A DNA stretch of 64,000 nucleotides from an uncultured Candidatus Saccharibacteria bacterium (lineage in GTDB: Bacteria > Patescibacteriota > Saccharimonadia > Saccharimonadales > JAGQNJ01). The DNA is taken from NCBI GenBank assembly GCA_964510945.1, contig CAZEED010000002.1, positions 80,924-144,923 of the forward strand, read 5' to 3'. Of the stretch, positions 16,925 to 25,715 are shown one piece after another. The notes beneath the pieces are model-generated. The model saw nothing but the letters and a program-made list of their open reading frames with translations, had not been told where the DNA came from and did no database searches. Positions within the stretch are counted from its first letter, which is position 1, and every line of letters starts with the position of its first letter. The position numbers were made by a program, and so were the translations under genes.

Positions 16925-16940
16925 ACCCTCTCCGCCAATA
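16920..16940 (+). repeat. 21-nt perfect duplicate of the tRNA-Ser(CGA) 3-prime end plus 3 flanking nt
   Basis: ATCCCACCCTCTCCGCCAATA occurs at 16732-16752 (within and just past the tRNA) and again at 16920-16940, a 188-bp period. Confidence 0.9.
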
Positions 16941-17030
16941 GATGTCCTGCATGTACCCCGCTCACCTAATTTAATTAACAAGCATATGCGCTATAATACG
17001 AAACATTAATAAGAATAAAACGAGGTAACT

Positions 17031-17621
17031 ATGGATCCAAACAATGCTCAAAATAATCAATCACCAACCCCAGTTAATCCCTCACCTATCCCTGGTGACG
17101 GCAATGATCCATCCCAACCAGTTATGCCCCCAGCTAATCAGTCACCTACATCTCAGGATGGTGGCAAAAAGAAGATGGTGATTATTGTGGTCGTTGTGCT
17201 TGTAGTATTGGCAGTAGTCGGTGCATTAGTTTTTGCCATGATGGGCAAAGATAGCGATAAGGATGCGACGCCAACAACACCAACACAAAACCAAGAAACG
17301 CCAGCTCAGACTGACGTAGCAGAGCCAGATAAAACAAGTGATTCTGATGCTCAATCTGGTGCCGTAGCCGTAACAATTAGTAATTTCGCATTTAGCCCGA
17401 GCACCATCAAGGTTAAAAAGGGCTCAACCGTAACTTGGACTAACAATGACAGTGCAGGCCACACCGTCACGTCAGATGATAATAGTGCCGTATCAGGATT
17501 AGATAGCGAATTAATCGCCCAAGGCAAGACCTTTTCGTTCACTTTTGATAAAGTTGGAGTCTACAGCTATCATTGCACGCCACACCCAAGTATGACCGGA
17601 ACCATTGAAGTCGTAGAATAG
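17031..17621 (+). CDS. Membrane-anchored cupredoxin (plastocyanin/amicyanin-like type-1 copper protein)
   Basis: Pro/Gln-rich N-terminus, TM helix MVIIVVVVLVVLAVVGALVFAMM, and a C-terminal domain with the copper ligand pattern GHTV ... YSYHCTPHPSMTG (His, Cys, His, Met). Confidence 0.85.
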   Translation: MDPNNAQNNQSPTPVNPSPIPGDGNDPSQPVMPPANQSPTSQDGGKKKMVIIVVVVLVVLAVVGALVFAMMGKDSDKDATPTTPTQNQETPAQTDVAEPDKTSDSDAQSGAVAVTISNFAFSPSTIKVKKGSTVTWTNNDSAGHTVTSDDNSAVSGLDSELIAQGKTFSFTFDKVGVYSYHCTPHPSMTGTIEVVE

Positions 17622-17685
17622 ACTGTTTTTAACTCACTATTCTGGCAATTTATGGGGCTACGTGTTAGTATGGCCTCTGTTATAT

Positions 17686-17741
17686 GTACCCGTAGCCTAA
17701 GCGTGATAGAGCGCATCCCTCAGGGTGGATGAGGCCAGAGG
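17686..17741 (+). pseudogene. 5-prime portion of a tRNA-Arg-like gene (acceptor through the T-stem 5-prime strand), with an 8-nt anticodon loop
   Basis: GTACCCGTAGCCTAAGCGTGATAGAGCGCATCC-CTCAGGGT-GGATGAGGCCAGAGG is collinear with positions 1-53 of the intact tRNA-Arg at 17890. It stops exactly where the T-loop should start. Confidence 0.7.
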
Positions 17742-17853
17742 CGAGAACAGCCCGATGGCTGTTCGCAGAGTCGGAAGCCTGGCGCAAATTATTGCCCAAG
17801 CTGAGACGGGGTCGCATAATTTGTTCAACAAACAAATATCTGCGACAGAATCC
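17742..17853. ncRNA. Candidate structured RNA, divergent member (R-up) of the S-element family
   Basis: Same order of elements as S-A and S-B. Hairpin GAACAGCC/GGCTGTTC, then AGTCGGAA (17769-17776), an imperfect hairpin GCCTGGCGCAA/TTGCCCAAGC, TGAGACG (17802-17808), and helix GTCGCA/TGCGAC enclosing hairpin ATTTGTT/AACAAAT. Spacing between the two motifs is 33 nt versus 35 nt in S. Confidence 0.5.
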
Positions 17854-17889
17854 TGATTCGAACCTTTACATGATAAATTTTGCAAATAT

Positions 17890-17966
17890 GTACCCGTAGC
17901 TCAGCTGGATAGAGCGCATCCTTGCGGAGGATGAGGCCAGAGGTTCGAATCCTCTCGGGTACACCA
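17890..17966 (+). tRNA. tRNA-Arg (anticodon GCG), CCA encoded
   Basis: Acceptor GTACCCG/CGGGTAC, D-arm GCTC-AGCTGGATA-GAGC, anticodon arm CATCC-TTGCGGA-GGATG, T-arm AGAGG-TTCGAAT-CCTCT, 3-prime ACCA. Confidence 0.9.
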
Positions 17967-18110
17967 TCCTCCGTCGTTTGCCTTTCTGGCAAACTATGAA
18001 GGTTTTTTTATTTGATTGAGGATTCGAGCCGATAGGCGAAAACAGTTGGGAACTGTTTGAGTTATAAATATTTCTAGCGAAATGCTTTAGCTCTTGAGCG
18101 GATAACATAA

Positions 18111-18133
18111 TTCGAATCTTCTCGGCTACACCA
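18111..18133 (+). pseudogene. 3-prime portion of a tRNA-Arg-like gene (T-loop, T-stem 3-prime strand, acceptor 3-prime strand, CCA)
   Basis: TTCGAAT-CTTCT-CGGCTAC-A-CCA. It pairs with the 5-prime fragment at 17686-17741: the T-stem gives 5/5 pairs including one G-U, and the acceptor gives 6/7 pairs. Confidence 0.65.
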
Positions 18134-18202
18134 AGTCCCTTAAGTTAATTGTTATTCTTAAATAGCTAACCTATACTCAATTATATAAATTATGGATTTA
18201 TA

Positions 18203-18886
18203 GTGAATAAACTAAATAAATATGGTTTTGGACTAGTCGAGATCATCTTGTTGATTACAATTATCGTTGCCTTAGGATTAATTGGCTATTATGTTTATTC
18301 TAACGCCCACATGAGTGATGAGGGCAATAAACCAATCAATGATGCTGATGCCTCTAGTCCCCAGACTACCGAATACGCAAATAAAGAATTTGGCTTTAAG
18401 TTTAGCTATCCAACACCTAGTGAGCGCGATGCTCCGGTAGTAAGTGATACAACTCCTAATGTTGGGCCGGTTTTGGGTAAATCCTACAGCATAACTCTTG
18501 AACCAAAATTTGTTGGCGGTTTTGTTACGAATAATTTTGCAATGGCACCAGATAAAGTTGACGAAATGCCACTAGGCTTTAGCCTCTATGATGGTTGTAG
18601 GCCCGATGATACCGTCCAAAAACAGGCTATTTTGTATAAATCTAAAGATGTTTGTGTAGTTGTGAATGCATCAGAAGAATTAGCGCCAGGCTCAGATGTA
18701 AAATCACTTTACGCTACCATGGTTGTTCAAAAAAAGTTTACAAAAAATGATCAGATTGCCGGCCTAGAGTTCGCTCGGTCACCCGTTGCGATAAAAAGTC
18801 TAGACAAAGCAAAACTAAAATTAACTTACGGCGAGCAGGTCAACAATGACACAACCGTCTTTGCAAAATCAATCCACGAATTGTAG
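18203..18886 (+). CDS. Protein with a prepilin-type (type IV pilin-like) N-terminal cleavage/methylation motif
   Basis: GTG start. MNKLNKYG/FGLVEIILLITIIVALGLIGYYVY fits the G-F-x-L-x-E class III signal followed by a hydrophobic helix. Confidence 0.6.
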   Translation: MNKLNKYGFGLVEIILLITIIVALGLIGYYVYSNAHMSDEGNKPINDADASSPQTTEYANKEFGFKFSYPTPSERDAPVVSDTTPNVGPVLGKSYSITLEPKFVGGFVTNNFAMAPDKVDEMPLGFSLYDGCRPDDTVQKQAILYKSKDVCVVVNASEELAPGSDVKSLYATMVVQKKFTKNDQIAGLEFARSPVAIKSLDKAKLKLTYGEQVNNDTTVFAKSIHEL

Positions 18887-18921
18887 ATCAAATCAAGGTA
18901 TTTGTGCAATAATCTATTAAT

Positions 18922-21213
18922 ATGTCTGATCAGTCAGAAGAAGATTTTACAGATCAAGAACAGTTACCTCGTATTAGGCTAGGGTATGAAAGTGCTCGGG
19001 AATTTATTAATGCGGCAGGTGATCAAACAAATGCAGTCCCGGAAGGCTCAGTTGTCATTGCTGAACCATATGTTGTTCAACCTGAAGATACCGAAACGGT
19101 TGTGGGGTCGTTGTTTGCGGTAGTTGAAGAAGGGGCGCCAGTTGCGAGCGATATTGCCACAGCTGGAAATGCCCGTATGGTAAATATTATCGAGGCGTTA
19201 TCTACTCCAGAAGTGTCTGATCTATTGGTCTCTCAAGGTATTCCTAGTGCCGTGAGTCTTTCAAAACTATTTTACAATGACGCTGTTATTGAGAAGAGAG
19301 ACGGTTATCCATACGATATGATTGGTACCAGACTCGAGCAAACTTTACCCACTGACGAGTATACTCGTCAGCAGAATGACCTTGTAACGAAACTTTTCGT
19401 GGAGACTTTAGCAAGTCTAGGAACAGATTTTGTAAAGATCCAGCCAATTATGCAAAAAGCTGAGACTGCAAGTCAAGCCTCAAGAAGGTCTCGTGAAGAT
19501 GTAGAGTTATTGACAGAAGAGATATTGTTAACTGCCGCCGATCAATTACGTAAAGATACTACGCTTAGCTCATCTGAATTAACATCGTCTGTCCATGTAT
19601 TAATTAATGCCTCTATGCAAGGGGGCGTCGCTGGTAGTCGTAGAGATAAAATACTGTCAACTGTGTTTGGAATACCCGAAGAACAGGCCAAACTTTTTTT
19701 GGACACCTCCCTGTCTATTAATCCAAATGCTTCAATTTTATTTGATGAGCGTGCTGTGAGTGTTTCAGAAACGGGTAGTAAGCTTGAGATTGATAGTTTG
19801 TTAAAATCGTTGTATACACAAGCGTTTCGTCAATCTTGGACCTTTTTATCTGATCAAAGATATTCATTAGATAAAATTACGGATACAACTAGATCACAAC
19901 TTTGGGAGTTTATTACATCAACTTCAGAGCTAGTTCAAGCAGTCGAGACTGACAACAGGACAACTCAATTACAGCAAAACCTTATGGAGATGGCTGGAAG
20001 GTTTTTTGCTGACGATAGCGACGTCTATAGCTCAGAAGAGCTAGGCTCGGTTGAATTTCAGGATGATCATCGTGCGTCAACTATAGAGCTACATGAAAAA
20101 CAGCCAAAAAAAGTTGAAGTAGACACTAACTTGCCTTCTGAGAGGTTGCTAGGAATCTTATCTAGGGTCACAAGCCGGGATAGAAGATTCTTAGTCGGCA
20201 GTGATCCCGCTATGGTCCAGTCGGATATTGAACAAATTGAATTGATCCGTGAAACACTTGTCGAGCGAGAGCCAGAATTAGAACAAACGATATTAGTTCG
20301 CCTAAGCCAGCATTTTATGGCGCTTGGCGGAGATTACCTTGCACTTGGCGAGGATGCGATTGAGGGGATTACTGACCAAAATGCCAGAGAAGCGTTAATA
20401 GAATCTATGGGCTATGCTCGTGCAATGGAAAGTGTTAGCTCGCAGGATGAGGCTAAGCTTCAGGCACAAAAAATATGTACAGATTCAGAGCCAACGGCTC
20501 GAGAGATGACTGAGGCACAACAAGCCCGTGCTGACCAGCTAGCGGAAAAAATACGCCAAGACGATTCTAGCTTGGTCCTACGGGTTGGTGATCCTGAGGT
20601 TTTGATTGACATTCTCTTTGGCGCAAAGCGGGTCAAATCTATGTGGGAAACTGCTATGACTAATGGTACGTCAACATACTCAATTGTTTTGGGATCTTCT
20701 GAAGGCCCAAGTTATTTACAAAGTCGAGTAACTGCCGAGCGCGCTATGGGGATTGCTGATCATATGGATCACCCTACTCTTATAGAGCCTGCCATTAGCA
20801 CATATATACGGCCGGGAGATGAACCTCCAGTTTCGACAGACGGCTATGGTTTTATCGAGATATCATTAAGGAAAGATGCTGTTCGTGATAGATCGGTGTA
20901 TGTTGATGGTGATTCCGCAAATCAAGCAAATAATGGTGAGCACAAATTTATGAGACTTGATGATGCTATTACTTCTGCGGCTGAGAAAAAAATCTTGGTG
21001 GAAGATGAAGTAATTGAAAGACCTGGTGGTCCCAAAGAACCAAAGGGCTGGGATTATGTTGAAGGATTGATTTTGGGCGGGGTGTCGCGAGATGATATTG
21101 GGCCTGAAATTCGCATATATACTGGTCGAGGCGAAATATCAAAACCGGAAGCTGAAAAGCTCGCGAAAATTATTACTGACCGTGATCCATCTATTAAAGT
21201 TACAATTATCTAA
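18922..21213 (+). CDS. Large acidic hypothetical protein (763 aa)
   Basis: Long ORF with no TM segment, signal peptide or motif recognised. Confidence 0.6.
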   Translation: MSDQSEEDFTDQEQLPRIRLGYESAREFINAAGDQTNAVPEGSVVIAEPYVVQPEDTETVVGSLFAVVEEGAPVASDIATAGNARMVNIIEALSTPEVSDLLVSQGIPSAVSLSKLFYNDAVIEKRDGYPYDMIGTRLEQTLPTDEYTRQQNDLVTKLFVETLASLGTDFVKIQPIMQKAETASQASRRSREDVELLTEEILLTAADQLRKDTTLSSSELTSSVHVLINASMQGGVAGSRRDKILSTVFGIPEEQAKLFLDTSLSINPNASILFDERAVSVSETGSKLEIDSLLKSLYTQAFRQSWTFLSDQRYSLDKITDTTRSQLWEFITSTSELVQAVETDNRTTQLQQNLMEMAGRFFADDSDVYSSEELGSVEFQDDHRASTIELHEKQPKKVEVDTNLPSERLLGILSRVTSRDRRFLVGSDPAMVQSDIEQIELIRETLVEREPELEQTILVRLSQHFMALGGDYLALGEDAIEGITDQNAREALIESMGYARAMESVSSQDEAKLQAQKICTDSEPTAREMTEAQQARADQLAEKIRQDDSSLVLRVGDPEVLIDILFGAKRVKSMWETAMTNGTSTYSIVLGSSEGPSYLQSRVTAERAMGIADHMDHPTLIEPAISTYIRPGDEPPVSTDGYGFIEISLRKDAVRDRSVYVDGDSANQANNGEHKFMRLDDAITSAAEKKILVEDEVIERPGGPKEPKGWDYVEGLILGGVSRDDIGPEIRIYTGRGEISKPEAEKLAKIITDRDPSIKVTII

Positions 21214-21286
21214 TGCTATAACAATCTTTGCTTGAATTAACAGAGTATAATAAGAGTAGGTATTTAATTAGAAAGGACGTCATATT

Positions 21287-21484
21287 ATGGAGTTTAATTT
21301 ACTAGGATTCACTATTAGTACTATTTGGGCAGTATTTATATTAATTATTTGGATTGGGATTGCCTTTTGGCCGGCCAGAGTAGCTGGGCGCAAAGGACAT
21401 AGTTTTTTAGGCTACTTTATCTTTAGTCTCTTCTTCTTTCCGCTAGCTTTATTGGTTGCCTACCTAGCGCCAGATCGACTTTAA
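21287..21484 (+). CDS. Small two-helix membrane protein
   Basis: 65 aa with two hydrophobic segments separated by ARVAGRKGHS. SD-like AAAGGA upstream. Confidence 0.5.
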   Translation: MEFNLLGFTISTIWAVFILIIWIGIAFWPARVAGRKGHSFLGYFIFSLFFFPLALLVAYLAPDRL

Positions 21485-21496
21485 TATTTAGTAATC

Positions 21497-21754
21497 GTGG
21501 AACCGTTAATCATTGATGTTAGAGAATCAGCCGAATACTCTACTGGACATGTAGAGGGGTCGATTAATATCCCCCCATCTGAATTAATAGAAGGCGCCAA
21601 AGCGCTAAAAGACATTCCTAAAGACACCCCAATTATTTTGTATTGCCGAAGTGGCAGCCGATCACAAGTTGCAATTAATTTATTACGACAACAGGGCTTT
21701 AATAATCTAACTAACGGCATAAATCAACAAAACGTCGAAAAAAATTACCTCTAA
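21497..21754 (+). CDS. Rhodanese-domain sulfurtransferase (single domain)
   Basis: IIDVRESAEYSTGHVEGSINIP and the active-site loop ILYCRSGSRSQVA. GTG start. Confidence 0.85.
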   Translation: MEPLIIDVRESAEYSTGHVEGSINIPPSELIEGAKALKDIPKDTPIILYCRSGSRSQVAINLLRQQGFNNLTNGINQQNVEKNYL

Positions 21755-23226
21755 CTAAATGTTATAACAGTAGTGCCAACCGGCGCCCAGTTAAAGAGCC
21801 ATCCTGCTTGGCTAACGTTCATCCCGACGCAACCGTGTGATGCGTTAATATTGCCCAGATAACTATCGGGACGCCAATAAACTCCGTGGATAGCATAGTC
21901 TGCATAAAAATAGTTTACGTATGGCACGGCAGGCTGAAAGTATCTTGTCCCGTCGGCATTTGGTCCGGCCATGTCTTGTGAGGCAATCTTCGAGTAGATC
22001 TTGTAGGTGCCTTCTACAGTTGGGGTTCCTGGTGCGCCGGCGCTAATTAAAAATGTGTTCACTAATTTGGTATTTTCATAGGCATACAGAACTTTTGAGG
22101 TTAGATCTACGGCAATCCATTTATCATGAGGTGTGGCTGTGACAGTTTTATAGGTCTGATATTGCACAGACAAGGTCTGATTAATAGTAGATTTTTTTAG
22201 CATTTGTTTGGATATTTCAGATGCCAGAGCTTCTTTGTTAACTATATCAACCCCATTTCGACCAGGAATCAGAACTCTAGAACTTCCAGGCAAGACGATA
22301 GCATTTTGCGGTGGCGACACGTAAGGAGTAGCGATACTATCCAAGTACTCAAGTACTTTACCGCTGTTAATTGCCACATCGATGGTCTTGTTTTTTGATG
22401 CTGGGGTAATTTCCAACCATTGCCCGATGTCTGCCGGTGTGGCAGTAATCTTTACACCCGTAATGTCAAAATTTACACTCCGTTTTAAGTAAGTATCTAC
22501 TATTTTTTTGGCTGCAATCGCGTCTTTTTTAACTACTTTGGCGTAGATATTAGATTTCTCGAGGGTTATTGGATCTTGGTCTAGATATGAGATATGACTG
22601 AGCAAAGTAGTTTGCGGATCATCGACAACATAGCCCTTGCCGTTTTTTTCACTGACTACTTTTGAAACCCCGTTAGTAACTTTAACGGTGGCGTCTTTTG
22701 GTTTTATTAAGACTACAGTGAGTTGTTTAGCTACAAATTTATCTGTCTTTTTCTGGTCTAGGGTTAGGTCGAGAGGAATATTATATTTAGCCCAAAAAGC
22801 CAATCTTTTTAGTAAGTTATTAGGTTTTTTAGTTGCAAGCGCATTCTCTATGGACGTATCTAGGTCAATGATTACCCCTGTTTTTGATAAAGTGTATGTT
22901 TTGGAGGATTTTGGTCCTTTCACCGTGATTTTATACTCGGTTGCTTCTTTCTCAAGATCTGCTTTTAGCCTACTTACGTCAGTTTGTTGGTTTATTTGAT
23001 GACCGGCTAGGCTAACAGAGACAAATGAATACTTTAAGCTAATAGCTAATAGTATCCCAAGCCCAACCACTAGGCCGAACAATACGTAACCCAAGATTTT
23101 CACTGATTTATTTTTTGTGCGCGGATTCGGGTTCTTTTTTTGTGATGTTTCGGATTTTACGCGTTCAATAGTAACTGCTTTATGTAGTGGCGCCTGCTTA
23201 AGCACATGCTTCTTGAATAATCCCAT
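21751..23226 (-). CDS. Membrane-anchored L,D-transpeptidase (YkuD-domain) protein
   Basis: N-terminal TM helix, long linker domain, and a C-terminal YkuD catalytic motif INASHGCVGMNVSQAGWLFNW. Confidence 0.8.
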   Translation of the reverse strand: MGLFKKHVLKQAPLHKAVTIERVKSETSQKKNPNPRTKNKSVKILGYVLFGLVVGLGILLAISLKYSFVSVSLAGHQINQQTDVSRLKADLEKEATEYKITVKGPKSSKTYTLSKTGVIIDLDTSIENALATKKPNNLLKRLAFWAKYNIPLDLTLDQKKTDKFVAKQLTVVLIKPKDATVKVTNGVSKVVSEKNGKGYVVDDPQTTLLSHISYLDQDPITLEKSNIYAKVVKKDAIAAKKIVDTYLKRSVNFDITGVKITATPADIGQWLEITPASKNKTIDVAINSGKVLEYLDSIATPYVSPPQNAIVLPGSSRVLIPGRNGVDIVNKEALASEISKQMLKKSTINQTLSVQYQTYKTVTATPHDKWIAVDLTSKVLYAYENTKLVNTFLISAGAPGTPTVEGTYKIYSKIASQDMAGPNADGTRYFQPAVPYVNYFYADYAIHGVYWRPDSYLGNINASHGCVGMNVSQAGWLFNWAPVGTTVITFS

Positions 23227-23298
23227 TATTTTCTCACCAATTAGTATTACTTATACTTTAGCATTTTATATCCGAGATCGGGATTAATTTGTTACAAT

Positions 23299-23577
23299 AT
23301 GCTTATGGCAAAATTAAAAATTTCAAACGATCAAGAAAACGGCGCAACAATGGCATTGATTACAGTAATTATAGGGCTCTTAATGGCGGTTATCGGTTTT
23401 ATTTGGAGCCAGTATACTGTCGGAGACCCAAATTACGTTGGGTCAAATATTGCTGCTGGCTTACTAATCTTTTTTGGACTAGTATTAGCAGCTGCCGGGT
23501 TACTTGTTGCAGCAGTTATCGTAATTAATACCTCAGTTAAAAGCAGTAAAAAGAAGTCTAAAAAACGAAAAAAATAG
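23299..23577 (+). CDS. Small membrane protein with a polybasic C-terminal tail
   Basis: 92 aa with two or three hydrophobic helices and the tail KSSKKKSKKRKK. Alternative ATG at 23305 lies 6 nt after a TACAAT box. Confidence 0.5.
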   Translation: MLMAKLKISNDQENGATMALITVIIGLLMAVIGFIWSQYTVGDPNYVGSNIAAGLLIFFGLVLAAAGLLVAAVIVINTSVKSSKKKSKKRKK

Positions 23578-23985
23578 ATGGACACGATAAAGTATCTATA
23601 TACTTATTTACTAACTGTTCCGGTTTTTTTTGCTATTGATATGATTTGGCTTGGTTTAGTAGCCAAGGGTTTATATGCAAAAGAACTATCTAAATTCTTA
23701 ACTGATAAACCAAATTGGGTCGCTGCGGCAGTATTCTATCTTGCCTATATTGCCGGGATTATTGTTTTGGCCGTAATGCCGGCAGTGGAAAAACAATCAC
23801 TGATAAAGGCCGTAGTTTTAGGCGGAGTTTTTGGTGGTCTGGCTTACGCAACTTATGATCTAACTAATCTTGCCACACTAAAAGATTGGCCAATAAAGAT
23901 TGTAATCATAGACATAATCTGGGGTATGTTACTGACCGCTATTGTTGCCGCAATTAGTTATCAGATCGCAAACTGGGTAAGGTGA
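23578..23985 (+). CDS. DUF2177-like integral membrane protein
   Basis: 135 aa, 4 TM helices, N-terminal pattern [21 protein letters not shown] recalled from DUF2177. Confidence 0.45.
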   Translation: MDTIKYLYTYLLTVPVFFAIDMIWLGLVAKGLYAKELSKFLTDKPNWVAAAVFYLAYIAGIIVLAVMPAVEKQSLIKAVVLGGVFGGLAYATYDLTNLATLKDWPIKIVIIDIIWGMLLTAIVAAISYQIANWVR

Positions 23986-24755
23986 ATATGAACGAAGTAA
24001 TTATTCAATCCGCAGTAATTGTCTGGGTGTATATGACGCTTTGGTCTATTTACGCCATCGTTAATAAACGTAACGATGTTGCTGATTTCGCATGGGGCCT
24101 TGGTTTTCCAGTTCTGGCAATGATCCTACTCCAAATTAACTCATCTACATCCGTAAAAGCTTTACTGATAACAATGCTAATATCGATATGGGGTATCCGG
24201 CTGGCCCTTCATATTTATCCTCGGCTTAGTAAAAAACATGAAGATTTTCGTTATGATCAGATGCGCTTAAAGTGGGGTAAATCCGCTAATATCAGATCAT
24301 ATTTTCAAGTATTTATGCTACAAGGTTTATTTTTGCTTCTTATTAGCGCTTCGACCATGGTTGCGGTGAATGGTAGTGAAACGTTTTTTAATATCAACGC
24401 TGTTGGTATTGCGGTGTGGGTTATTGGCTTTTTGTTCGAATCTATCGGTGATTATCAGCTTAGTCGTTTTATCAAGAATCCTGCCAACAAGGGAAAAGTT
24501 ATGACTGAAGGCCTATGGAGATATACGCGTCACCCCAACTATTTTGGCGAAATTACTCAGTGGTGGGGTATATGGTTGATTGTAATTGGTGCTACGAATT
24601 GGCAATTTGCCATAATTAGCCCAATAACAATTACCATTTTGATATATTTTGTATCGGGTGTACCACTGTTAGAGAAAAAGTACAAAGACAACCATGCCTA
24701 TAAAGAATATGCAAAAAAGACTAGCAAATTCTTTCCCCTTCCCCCTCGTAAATAA
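23982..24755 (+). CDS. DUF1295 / steroid-5-alpha-reductase-like membrane protein
   Basis: [14 protein letters not shown] motif in a polytopic protein. Confidence 0.75.
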   Translation: MNMNEVIIQSAVIVWVYMTLWSIYAIVNKRNDVADFAWGLGFPVLAMILLQINSSTSVKALLITMLISIWGIRLALHIYPRLSKKHEDFRYDQMRLKWGKSANIRSYFQVFMLQGLFLLLISASTMVAVNGSETFFNINAVGIAVWVIGFLFESIGDYQLSRFIKNPANKGKVMTEGLWRYTRHPNYFGEITQWWGIWLIVIGATNWQFAIISPITITILIYFVSGVPLLEKKYKDNHAYKEYAKKTSKFFPLPPRK

Positions 24756-24838
24756 TATTAGATATCAAACTAGACACATAAGCATAAGTATGTTACTATG
24801 TTTATAGTTTATTAAATAAATACAAAAAAGGATAAAAA

Positions 24839-25087
24839 ATGTCTTCACCAGAAAAAGGAACACACATTACAGTAACCGAAGCTGATTTAGCAGGGTCACA
24901 AGATGTCGGAGTAACTCACGAATCTCGTAATATAGACGTCAGCAGACAATTGCCGCCGTTAACTTCAGACCACTTTCGACAAGGGGCAGAGGATGTCTTG
25001 GCGGGTCGTTTGTCACCGGATGCATCACCAAAGCTAGTAGCTAGTGAACAGGCGTACGCTAGAACTATTCTTGGCGAAAATAATTAG
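24839..25087 (+). CDS. Hypothetical small protein
   Basis: 82-aa ORF with the SD-like AAAGGA upstream. No motif. Confidence 0.4.
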   Translation: MSSPEKGTHITVTEADLAGSQDVGVTHESRNIDVSRQLPPLTSDHFRQGAEDVLAGRLSPDASPKLVASEQAYARTILGENN

Positions 25088-25647
25088 AATCTAATCTTGT
25101 GCATTAATTTGTCGACTTTGTCTTGTTGACGCTCTTCTTGTGGCAACATTGCGCCGAGTGCATCGACAATCTTTTTTTCATCATCTGGTGCAAAATATAC
25201 TGTTATTGCTGGCATAAATCTTTTTAGTGGTAATAATGCTATAGAGCTAATAGCTCCCTCTTCGACAATGGCGAAGGATTTGAACATCGATACGGGGTAT
25301 AGTTTTGCACCTATATGGATGCCTTGAGAGTCCAGTTTATAGCTTAGTGTTTCTGGCTTTCGGCCGGCAAAGTAGCCTATGCCAACGGCTAATACGCTCA
25401 GCACGACAATAGATATATAGTCACGTGTTACAAAGAATGTTACTCCAATAATACCGATACTTGCTAACCCAAATTGTACAAACCACATGTTCCCTTTTTC
25501 ATGCTCGACATATTCTGATGCGGTCCACTCAACGTTTTTTATTGAGTTTGTTGTGGGGGCAGGACTTTGTTGCCCATTAGTAGGGTTAGCAGTTTGATCG
25601 TTTGTAAATTTCCAGCCCGCAGACTGCCCCGCATTATCATTATCCAT
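25084..25647 (-). CDS. Hypothetical membrane protein (two TM helices plus a soluble C-domain)
   Basis: The track ORF starts at GTG 25653. ATG at 25647 is preferred because a TAGAAT box lies 6 nt upstream. Confidence 0.55.
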   Translation of the reverse strand: MDNDNAGQSAGWKFTNDQTANPTNGQQSPAPTTNSIKNVEWTASEYVEHEKGNMWFVQFGLASIGIIGVTFFVTRDYISIVVLSVLAVGIGYFAGRKPETLSYKLDSQGIHIGAKLYPVSMFKSFAIVEEGAISSIALLPLKRFMPAITVYFAPDDEKKIVDALGAMLPQEERQQDKVDKLMHKIRF

Positions 25648-25715
25648 AAGCACATTCTACATTGCATTAACAAATACTGGAAGAGTTGTCTTGGGTGTTC
25701 ATGTGAGATTTCCTC

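Noticed and set aside
16769-16981. Minus-strand ORFs 16769-16981 (70 aa) and 25803-25997 (64 aa) share a 31-aa peptide (LMSSSHGLPSTGKLRSDCSNPFKAKQLALNS) and could be a conserved small protein.
   Set aside because: The shared peptide is just the translation of the 132-nt DNA repeat. One ORF runs antisense through tRNA-Ser(GCU) and its terminator. The N- and C-termini differ completely. The only substitutions preserve an RNA hairpin rather than a protein sequence.
17697-18108. Minus-strand ORFs 17697-17885 and 17866-18108.
   Set aside because: They overlap the tRNA-Arg gene and tRNA-like fragments in antisense and have no start context. They are treated as spurious.
16750-18140. A genomic island or prophage integrated at the tRNA-Ser or tRNA-Arg genes.
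   Set aside because: The segments bracketed by duplicated tRNA ends are only ~170-370 bp and contain no integrase, transposase or phage genes. They are reported instead as miniature scars or elements.
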